Source: an uncultured Verrucomicrobiales bacterium
GTDB lineage: Bacteria > Verrucomicrobiota > Verrucomicrobiia > Verrucomicrobiales > Akkermansiaceae
Length of the DNA stretch: 64,000 nt
NCBI GenBank assembly: GCA_937928735.1
Contig: CALFVF010000008.1
Coordinates: 1,971 to 65,970 of the forward strand
Reading direction: 5' to 3'
The translations under genes and the position numbers were made by a program. Under the pieces are notes generated by a model, which saw nothing but the letters and a program-made list of their open reading frames with translations, was not told the DNA's origin and made no database searches. How positions within the stretch are numbered: position 1 is the stretch's first letter; each line of letters starts with the position of its first letter. Positions 38,980 through 46,866 of the stretch are shown here, piece after piece.

Positions 38980-39957
38980 ATGATTTTTGAATATTTAACA
39001 ATTCAAGATAGTGTCAAAAAAACTATCTTCGAACTTAACCCTGGTAAAAGTCCCTACTATTTTTTGGTTGTTTGTATTCTTATCGGATCTTTTCCTATTA
39101 TCGATACTCTAAGTGGTATTCCTTTTAGGGTTTTTGGTTTAATTTATATAGCTTTTCTGACTTACTTCACAGTTTGTTCAGTAAAACAGAGAATAGAAAA
39201 TTTAGATGGACTCAATGAAACCAGACGTATTCAGCGTTTAGCCAATATTGGGCTGCCATTTATATTTATTGGTGCTAATTCAAATCTATTAGTATTCAAA
39301 GAAACAGCGATGATTTGGGCCCTAGTTATGGCAGTAGTACAAATTGTTATGTTTTTGTTTTTTACAAAGGATAAACCGAAACAAAGTGAATTAAACCAGA
39401 ATATTTCCCAGAATCTAGTGATTACTAATGCACTATTACTCAGTTGCATTGTGGCAATCGGCAAAATGTCAGCTAACGATGCAGCTTCGATTAACTGGGA
39501 CGCTAGACCTCAAGAGCAGACTCCAGAGCAGACTCAAGAGCAGACTCCAGAGCAGACTCCAGAGCAGACTCCAGAAGCTGTTGGAGGTAGTTTTAAAGAT
39601 GTTTTCGATGACCGCAGAGATGGTGATCCTAGCACTCCAGAAATGCGCCAAATACTTGATGCACGAAGTTCTTTAGGTGGACCTATAACAAGCGCTTTTT
39701 ATGGAATTTTATACGATAAAGAAGGTTCTCTAGTTAGTCATGATCAGTGGCGAGCTATTGCACATCATAAAACTTCTTTGCGCTATAAATACTTTGCGAT
39801 TTCATTGACTTTAATTTGGGTGATTTCTTTATTAGGTTACACAGCTTTGTTTAATAAGCCCTCTGAGGGATATGAGGACAATGAAGAAGCTGGTATAGAT
39901 TCGAAGCCGAAGAATCCAAAACCGAAGGTAGTACGGCCGGTTATTCGGGACTTTTAG
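38980..39957 (+). CDS. Hypothetical multi-TM island protein with (P/Q)EQT repeats
   Basis: About six hydrophobic segments; 12-bp tandem repeat. Confidence 0.7.
   Translation: MIFEYLTIQDSVKKTIFELNPGKSPYYFLVVCILIGSFPIIDTLSGIPFRVFGLIYIAFLTYFTVCSVKQRIENLDGLNETRRIQRLANIGLPFIFIGANSNLLVFKETAMIWALVMAVVQIVMFLFFTKDKPKQSELNQNISQNLVITNALLLSCIVAIGKMSANDAASINWDARPQEQTPEQTQEQTPEQTPEQTPEAVGGSFKDVFDDRRDGDPSTPEMRQILDARSSLGGPITSAFYGILYDKEGSLVSHDQWRAIAHHKTSLRYKYFAISLTLIWVISLLGYTALFNKPSEGYEDNEEAGIDSKPKNPKPKVVRPVIRDF
39511..39575 (+). repeat. 12-bp coding tandem repeat C(A/C)AGAGCAGACT x5.5
   Basis: Directly visible in the sequence. Confidence 0.9.
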
Positions 39958-40552
39958 AATGCTCTTCGGGAGTTTGATGATCAATAGATTGTTTTGAATT
40001 TCCAACGATATCCGCTACAATCGGAGTATAAACAAAAAAAGTAACAACTATTAAAATAAATAATAAAAATTTGATAATTGCAATGGATTCGGCCCTAGAT
40101 TTGATTGTTAGGTCGTTTTTTATGATACAATCTTGAATTGCCATAGCTTGTCCAATTTTCATGTAGTGCAGATCATTTTTCAAAAAATTTTTATTAATTA
40201 TAGAATGAGGTTCGCTGTAGGGTGGGGAAATATATGAAGATCTCATTGTTAATGAGTAAAGTATTATCATTAACAAAAAGAATGAACATGTAATTGCAGC
40301 AATTTGTGACATGCCTTTTGTCTTGTATACGGCTACAAATAAAACAGGTATCAGTGAGAATAAGATTGTGTTCAATTTAGCTAATTTATTTGAAAGTATA
40401 TCGTAGCACTCAATTTTATATAGTGCATGGTTGCGACTTTCTTCAAGTATCCAATCGATCTTGTCTGGATCTTTTAGAAAGTTCGCAGGTATTTCGTTAT
40501 ATTGTTTAACTAAGTTAAAGGCTTCAGGTTTTTTTTCGAAAAAAATTAGCAT
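39941..40552 (-). CDS. Hypothetical ~3-TM island protein
   Basis: Helix-TM-TM-loop-helix-TM layout; 3' end overlaps the convergent gene. Confidence 0.7.
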   Translation of the reverse strand: MLIFFEKKPEAFNLVKQYNEIPANFLKDPDKIDWILEESRNHALYKIECYDILSNKLAKLNTILFSLIPVLFVAVYKTKGMSQIAAITCSFFLLMIILYSLTMRSSYISPPYSEPHSIINKNFLKNDLHYMKIGQAMAIQDCIIKNDLTIKSRAESIAIIKFLLFILIVVTFFVYTPIVADIVGNSKQSIDHQTPEEHSKSPE

Positions 40553-40607
40553 GTTTTAGGTGTGATTTTGAATTGATAGATTAGCTATACTAAAGAATTA
40601 TGATTTT

Positions 40608-41067
40608 ATGATTGGATCAATCTTATCCGCCCTGTGTGTGTTTGGTTTCTGTGTTGCTCAAGCTGACGAACCTCAGAAGTTCGATACAGTGAAGGAAATG
40701 ATGCATGAATTTAGTGAATGCACTGCACCCTCTGGAACTTTAAAAATTATTTGCGAAGACCCTCTACATATTCAAGTCTCAGTTGAGGATGTGAAGACAA
40801 CTCTCGAGGAATATTCCTAAAGAGTTGATACCGAGTAACCGTCAAAAATTCGTTTATATGGAAAAATATGAGAGGACTATTCGTATTTCTAGAGCCAACG
40901 CTCTAATGGCTATTCAAGAGTATTATGATGTTTCTGGTTTTGAAGATCTATCAAAGGCTGAATATGGAACTCTATATTATGCAGAATCAGGAGCTCCAGG
41001 CGTTCACAAGTTTTTTAGGACGCTAACTAGTTACGGTTTTATCAAGAAGCAGCTACTAATTTACTGA
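40608..41067 (+). pseudogene. Probably one exported-protein gene split into two fragments
   Basis: Signal-peptide ORF 40608-40820 and ORF 40825-41067 are 4 bp apart and read like consecutive parts of one protein (inference). Confidence 0.45.
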
Positions 41068-41305
41068 GTGTTATGAATTTGTAAAGGTAGTCTGCGTTGT
41101 CACTCATCTCGTTATGAGTAGCTAGGCGTGTTTGAAAACGCTTGAGCGTGAGCTCATTATCATTCATGAAGACATAGATGTCACTTTTCTGGATTTGTTG
41201 GACTTTACATTTGTCTTTAGGGAGGTAGTAGACGAGGGCGCCATCTGGTACGGTAGGTTCCATGGAGTCACCACAGACTTGGTAGACGATGTAGTTGGGA
41301 GAAGC
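41042..41305 (-). pseudogene. S24 peptidase (LexA/phage repressor C-terminal) fragment
   Basis: In-frame YIVYQVCGDSMEP..DG..TLKR..SDNADY; an upstream in-frame TAG removes the HTH. Confidence 0.7.
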
Positions 41306-41454
41306 CTATGTAACGTGACCCGTTCTAAGAATATTATATGAAAACATCAAATATGGGCTACCCTTGGATTCAAAAAAAAGAAGGTTTTGCCATTAGTTTC
41401 GATAAGCAAATAGATTTCTTTCTCTTTTTGAGAGGTTCAATCTCACTAGGGTCG

Positions 41455-41562
41455 ATTCCCCGCCCCTTGGGGCGCACTATGTATGAATGAGCCAATTCAT
41501 ACATGAATAAAGACTACTAAGCTTACACTATTCTAAATACCCCGCTGCTTGCGGCGGGGTTG
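41455..41562. repeat. Triple-hairpin element resembling IS200/IS605-type ends
   Basis: CGCCCC-TT-GGGGCG, ATGTATGAAT/ATTCATACAT, ACCCCGCTGC-TT-GCGGCGGGGT. Confidence 0.5.
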
Positions 41563-41648
41563 TTTATTGGGTGAGCTCTCTAGTTGCGGGTTTTTTTAGT
41601 AGGTGATTTTTCTTTTCACCTGACTGAGAGCACCTAGTGTGAAGCGTT

Positions 41649-42353
41649 ATGAAGTATGCGCTGTTATTGATGTTGGTTTCCTCTGGATTAGTGTGTCAGG
41701 CGAAGGAAAAGGGTCGGCTTATTTTTGAAGATGATTTTGAGCGTTCTGAGTCACAGGAGGAGAAGGATGAGCCTGGGAATGACTGGACGACGAGTAGTGA
41801 GAAGACTGCAAAAGGCCACAAGCAGGTAGATCTCAGAGATGGCTATATGTTTATTTACACACATGAGGAGGCCAATCATGCGACTTCTGTGCGCCAAGAA
41901 TTTGAATTTGAAGAGGGGAGACTCGCCTTGCGGGTTCGATTTGAGGATTCCTCTGATACGATCAATTTAAATTTCGCAGACCCGAAGGAAAAGTCTGTTC
42001 ATGCAGGTCATTTATTTAGTGTAGAGATTGGGACAAAACAAGTTGTACTTAAAGACCTTAAAACTGGGGTGATGTCCAAGGAAATCAGGGAGGCAAGGAA
42101 AGCGAAGTCTCTGACTAGTGAACAAGAAAAAGCACTTCAGAAGAAGTCAAAGAAATTTAAAAATAAGATGAAAGCTGGCAAGTGGCATGACATCGAAGTT
42201 GAGGTTTCAGGGGATACTCTCTCTTGTTCTGTGGATGGGAAATTGGTGGGAGAGTTCAGCTCAGAAGGCTTTTCTCATGAATCAAAGAGAATGATTCGTC
42301 TCTTGGTCTCTCAGCAGGCAAGTGTTGATGAGGTGCGCATTTGGAAGTTCTAA
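41649..42353 (+). CDS. Exported beta-sandwich (ConA/DUF1080-like) hypothetical protein
   Basis: Signal peptide, IFEDDFER, KWHDIEVEVSGD..VDGK, DEVRIW. Confidence 0.65.
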   Translation: MKYALLLMLVSSGLVCQAKEKGRLIFEDDFERSESQEEKDEPGNDWTTSSEKTAKGHKQVDLRDGYMFIYTHEEANHATSVRQEFEFEEGRLALRVRFEDSSDTINLNFADPKEKSVHAGHLFSVEIGTKQVVLKDLKTGVMSKEIREARKAKSLTSEQEKALQKKSKKFKNKMKAGKWHDIEVEVSGDTLSCSVDGKLVGEFSSEGFSHESKRMIRLLVSQQASVDEVRIWKF

Positions 42354-42466
42354 GAATTTTTGCCGTGTTCTTATTGGCTGAAATAGTGGCCTTTAGGGTC
42401 TATGGTTTGGGCTGTGGCAAAAAGAATGCTTGTCCTGGTGGGTTGGTAAATGCTAGTTCGTAGTTT

Positions 42467-45088
42467 ATGAGAAAGTTGTTACTACTTCTCTCTTTTATGA
42501 GCTGCGCGCAAGCGGAGAACCTTGAGAGAGTGGCTAACACGAGTCTATCACTCCCCTCTGATGAGCCCGTGGACGCAGAATTACGTTTGGAGAATGCCTT
42601 TGGGACTATGGTCTTTGATCAGCCCGTTTGTGTGCGTTCTCTTCCTGAGGATACCCGTGCCGTATTCATTGTCGAAAAGACTGGTCGAATCCAACGGGTC
42701 GATTTATCCAATAACACGAGAACTGTTTTCCTCGATGTAGCGGCCTTTGCTCGCTCTCAAGGCTGGCAGTTATTAACAAGAGGCGAGCAAGGACTGCTGT
42801 CAGTGGCCTTTCACCCTGATTTTAATAACAACGGGTTTTTCTACGTTTTCTACTCTGTTAATTTACCGAATCCGACTGCGAGTAATCCTGGTGCGTTCTT
42901 GCGCCATCAGCGTGTGGCGAGATTTCAGGCGAATGGCCAGCCTGGTAGCTATAATGAGACGACGAGCACTGACCTGAGTAGTCATGTGTCTATGATTACT
43001 CAGGTGGATCAGGCGAGTAATCACAATGGTGGGGACATGCACTTTGGGCCAGATGGCTATCTCTATATCTCTCTGGGAGATGAAGGTGGTGCGAATAACC
43101 AGTTTAATAATGGTGGGGTGATTGATAATGATTTTTTTGCGGCGATTTTACGTATTGATGTGGACAATCGAGAGGGGAATCTCGCGCCAAATCCCCACAC
43201 CAATGACCAAGGTTCTCAGACTCTATCGATAGGGCCCGGGACGTACAGTATCCCTGCGGATAATCCTCTCATTGGTGTGACATCGCACTTGGGGCGATCT
43301 GTTTCACCTGGGGAAGTGCGTACAGAGATGTGGGTGACGGGGCTGCGTAATCCGTGGCGGATGTTTTATGATGAGCTTGAGGACCACTGGTATGTTGCCG
43401 ATGTTGGTCAAGGAAGGCAGGAAGAAATTAACATTGTCACTGGTGGGGAAGATTGTGGCTGGTCGCGGCGTGAGGGGTTTCTGGATTTCCCGCGTGTTAG
43501 TTCAGTTCCAGATGCTTTTACGGGGCCTGTGCATGTGTATGGTCGCCGGGATGGGCAGAGTATTACTGGGGGAATTGTGTATCGAGGTGATCGGCTTCCT
43601 GAGTTAATTGGTACCTACATTTACGGGGATCATAGCACTGGCAATATTTGGTCTTTGAAGGAGACAGAGGATGGGCGAGAAGCGGTACTGCTTGCGGGAC
43701 TCAGGGGGGTGGCTGCCTTTGGCGCGGATCCGCGGAATGGTGATTTGCTTTGCTGTGATCAGAATTCGAATGTTGTGATGCGCTTGGTGCGTAGTGAGAG
43801 TGTGGATGCTCCTCCTGCGAGGCTTTCGGATACAGGGGCATTTGCTAGTCTGAGCTCTATGGAACCTAATGCTGGTATCTATGAATATAGTGTGAACCAT
43901 CCTTTCTGGTCAGACCACGCTCAGAAAAGGCGCTGGTTTAGTCTTCCCGATACGACATCTGTGATGAACTTCTCAGCAGAGGGTCAGTGGGATTTCCCAG
44001 CTGGGCAGGTGTGGATCAAGCACTTTGACCTTGAGAGAGTACGTGGAGATAGCTCGACGAGTCGACCTCTAGAGACTCGCTTTTTAGTTCGGACAGACAG
44101 TGGTGTTTACGGTCTTTCCTATCGCTGGCGTGAAGATGGCTCAGATGCTGATCTTGTAGGAGCCTCTGGGGCGGAGGAGGTACTGAATATTTCTGTAAAC
44201 GGAGATGAGCAGCAGCAAACATGGGTCTACCCAAGTCGTGTGGACTGCCAGACATGTCATAGGGCTGAGAGTAACTACGCGCTCGCATTTAATACACGAC
44301 AGCTGAATTTAAACGGGGTACTTGGAGTGGATCAGATCGATGCTCTTCATTGTGCGGGCTTTTTGGATGTGGAGCCTGCGAGCTCGGTGAGTCTGGAGAA
44401 GCTTCCTGCACTAGAGGATGCCGAGACGAGTACGGAGGCGCGTGTGAGAGCCTATCTGGATGTGAACTGTGGTATGTGCCACCAAGGAAGTGCGGGCGAT
44501 ACACCAGGGAACTTCGATGCTCGCTGGAGTACACAAACAGACCTAGCGAACTTGATTGATGGATTATTAGAGGATGATCGTGGCGATAGTGCAAATCGCG
44601 TGCTCGTACCTGGTGATGAGGCGCATTCGATGCTGATTGCTCGACTCACTGGGGATGAGCCTAGGATGCCTCCTCTGGCAACAACTGAGGTGGATGAAGC
44701 CGCTATCGCGCTGATTCGTCAGTGGGTGTCTAATGAGCTGGAGAGTCGTGAAAGCTATGAGCAGTGGGCGCAGCGCACAGGTGCTGGTGCGCGTGAGGCG
44801 GATGATGACCTAGATGGGGCTTCAAATTTATTAGAATACCTCACGAGTACTGATCCTACAGATAGTGAGGATCAGTATGCACTAGAACTCACTGCTGGGA
44901 GGGTGGATTTCGTGCAGCCTGCTAATCGCCGTGTGGTGATAGAGGAGAGTAAGGATCTCACACTCTGGGAAGTACTCGAAGCCCAAGGGAATCAGAGAAG
45001 TGTACCTGCGGAAGAGCTAAGCCGTCAGCTAGACCTACCTGATGATGAAGAGACGCTCTTTTTGAGAGCTCGTGTGGAGGGACTCTAG
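42467..45088 (+). CDS. PQQ-type glucose/sorbosone dehydrogenase propeller fused to dihaem cytochrome c region
   Basis: GEQGLL..AFHP, NHNGG..FGPDGYLY, GLRNPWR, DVGQ; CQTCH and CGMCH; MPP. Confidence 0.85.
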   Translation: MRKLLLLLSFMSCAQAENLERVANTSLSLPSDEPVDAELRLENAFGTMVFDQPVCVRSLPEDTRAVFIVEKTGRIQRVDLSNNTRTVFLDVAAFARSQGWQLLTRGEQGLLSVAFHPDFNNNGFFYVFYSVNLPNPTASNPGAFLRHQRVARFQANGQPGSYNETTSTDLSSHVSMITQVDQASNHNGGDMHFGPDGYLYISLGDEGGANNQFNNGGVIDNDFFAAILRIDVDNREGNLAPNPHTNDQGSQTLSIGPGTYSIPADNPLIGVTSHLGRSVSPGEVRTEMWVTGLRNPWRMFYDELEDHWYVADVGQGRQEEINIVTGGEDCGWSRREGFLDFPRVSSVPDAFTGPVHVYGRRDGQSITGGIVYRGDRLPELIGTYIYGDHSTGNIWSLKETEDGREAVLLAGLRGVAAFGADPRNGDLLCCDQNSNVVMRLVRSESVDAPPARLSDTGAFASLSSMEPNAGIYEYSVNHPFWSDHAQKRRWFSLPDTTSVMNFSAEGQWDFPAGQVWIKHFDLERVRGDSSTSRPLETRFLVRTDSGVYGLSYRWREDGSDADLVGASGAEEVLNISVNGDEQQQTWVYPSRVDCQTCHRAESNYALAFNTRQLNLNGVLGVDQIDALHCAGFLDVEPASSVSLEKLPALEDAETSTEARVRAYLDVNCGMCHQGSAGDTPGNFDARWSTQTDLANLIDGLLEDDRGDSANRVLVPGDEAHSMLIARLTGDEPRMPPLATTEVDEAAIALIRQWVSNELESRESYEQWAQRTGAGAREADDDLDGASNLLEYLTSTDPTDSEDQYALELTAGRVDFVQPANRRVVIEESKDLTLWEVLEAQGNQRSVPAEELSRQLDLPDDEETLFLRARVEGL

Positions 45089-45155
45089 GTCAAGTATAGG
45101 CCGAGTGACTTTACTGGAGAATGACTTCACTGGTAGAAGCCTGATAGAAGCTTGA

Positions 45156-45188
45156 ACCACCTTCGTAGTGGAGACTCGCGAAGGTGGT
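45156..45188. terminator. Hairpin between convergent genes
   Basis: ACCACCTTCG-13nt-CGAAGGTGGT. Confidence 0.5.
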
Positions 45189-45189
45189 C

Positions 45190-45351
45190 TCATACCAACT
45201 CAAAAAACTATTTGGTATAATTCGCTAGATCTTTGACGTGATACCATCGTTGTCACCCATCGGAGATGCTTGCATCACCGATGGGTTCCGCCTTGATCTC
45301 CCGCCAAATCTCTTCGCCCTTTCTACCAGTTAGTTTTCCTCATTGGTATGA
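45190..45351. mobile_element. ERIC-like miniature inverted-repeat element, copy 2
   Basis: TCATACCAA..TTGGTATGA; aligns with copies 1 and 3. Confidence 0.8.
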
Positions 45352-45360
45352 GAGCGATAT

Positions 45361-46854
45361 CTAGCTGGCCATAGAAGAGTTCTCGAGGATTTCTTTCACA
45401 ACTCTGGCAGGATTCACCCCTGTGAGTTTTTCTTCGAGACCGTGGCTGAGGAATTTTAATTTTCTATGATCGAGGCCACAGCGCTCAAGGATTGTCGCAT
45501 GTAGGTCTCTGACATGGACTCGATCTTCTTCTCTGGTGATGTTAAAGGAGTAGTCGTCTGTCTCGCCGTGGATGTGCCCTTGTTTGACACCAGCACCTGC
45601 CATCCACATGGAGAAGGCTCTGGGGTGATGGTCACGGCCATAGTCGGTTTTACTATTGCCTTGGTTGTAGACGGTGCGGCCAAATTCTCCGCCAAAGATA
45701 ATTAGGGTGTCATCAAACATTCCTCTGCGTTTGAGGTCTTGGATGAGGGCGTAGCAGGCCTGGTCGACGTCTTTACACTGTCTTGGTAGATCGCGCTTGA
45801 TATTACCGTGCTGATCCCAGCCACGGTGGAAGAGTTGGACAAATCGAACTCCTCGTTCAAGTAAACGTCTAGTTTTTAGTGCACAGTTAGAGAATGATCC
45901 TGCGACTTTGGCCTCTTCTCCGTAGAGTTCATAGGTGAGTTTATCTTCTTGGGATAAGTCTGTAAGTTCTGGGACAGATGTCTGCATACGGTAGGCCATC
46001 TCATACTGCTGCATGCGTGTTTGTATCGAGGCATCGCCAACAGCATCTAGGGTGAATTGATTGAGCTTGTTTAGGCCATCGAGCATGTCTCTGCGGATTT
46101 CTCTGGAGATACCCGGGAGGTCTTTGAGATAGAGAACGGGGTTTTCGTCTGCGCGTAATTTCACACCAGAATACTTTCCTGGTAGATAGCCAGAGCCATA
46201 GACTCTCGGGGCGAGGGCTTGAGGGGAGCGGATGCCGCTGTTCTTGGCCACCATGGTGACAAAGGTGGGCAAGTCTTCATTCATCGAGCCGAGTCCATAG
46301 GACAACCATGAGCCAATAGAGGCTTTGTTAGGCTGAATGGAGCCTGTGTAGATGAGTTGATTGGCCGGCTCGTGGTTAATGGCATCTGTGTGCATGGAGC
46401 GAATCACTGTGATGTCATCCGCCATTTTCTGGTGATAGGGCAAGAGGTCTGAGATCCACATGCCACTTTCACCACATTGTTTAAAGTCAAAGCTAGAAGC
46501 TGCTACCGGGAAGTTGCTCTGCTTTGAGGTCATGCCTGTGAGGCGCTGCCCGGACGCGACTAAGAAGTCTTTGATGTCTTTCCCGTGCAGCTCTTTGAGC
46601 TTAGGTTTGTAGTCGAAGGTTTCAAACTGTGAGGGGGCGCCGATGAGCGAAATATAGACAACTCGCTTCGCACGTGCTGGGAAGTGGGGCAGTGGTTGCT
46701 GTGGGGACTTCGTAGTGCCAGCTGAGGCTGTACTAGGTAGGAGTGATGCGAGTGCTGCTGATCCGAGTCCGAGAGCATTTTTGCGAAAGAATTGTCTTCT
46801 ACTAACGGTTGCGTTATTTAGCTCTAGAGTTGAGAGAATGTCGCTGTAGTTCAT
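45361..46854 (-). CDS. DUF1501 sulfatase-like protein with Tat motif
   Basis: SRRQFF, GAPSQFETFDYKP, GVRFVQL, WDQH, GEFGRT, GRDHHP. Confidence 0.9.
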   Translation of the reverse strand: MNYSDILSTLELNNATVSRRQFFRKNALGLGSAALASLLPSTASAGTTKSPQQPLPHFPARAKRVVYISLIGAPSQFETFDYKPKLKELHGKDIKDFLVASGQRLTGMTSKQSNFPVAASSFDFKQCGESGMWISDLLPYHQKMADDITVIRSMHTDAINHEPANQLIYTGSIQPNKASIGSWLSYGLGSMNEDLPTFVTMVAKNSGIRSPQALAPRVYGSGYLPGKYSGVKLRADENPVLYLKDLPGISREIRRDMLDGLNKLNQFTLDAVGDASIQTRMQQYEMAYRMQTSVPELTDLSQEDKLTYELYGEEAKVAGSFSNCALKTRRLLERGVRFVQLFHRGWDQHGNIKRDLPRQCKDVDQACYALIQDLKRRGMFDDTLIIFGGEFGRTVYNQGNSKTDYGRDHHPRAFSMWMAGAGVKQGHIHGETDDYSFNITREEDRVHVRDLHATILERCGLDHRKLKFLSHGLEEKLTGVNPARVVKEILENSSMAS

Positions 46855-46866
46855 AGGAATAGCAGA

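Larger units (their letters stand above)
35796..41565. mobile_element. Degenerate integrative element/prophage remnant at tRNA-Asn
   Basis: Integrase immediately 3' of the tRNA, visibly AT-rich cargo and several gene fragments; right boundary approximate. Confidence 0.75.

Noticed and set aside
39511-39575. Tandem repeats as a possible CRISPR array
   Set aside because: No spacers; in-frame coding VNTR. No cas genes or repeat-spacer array anywhere in the window.
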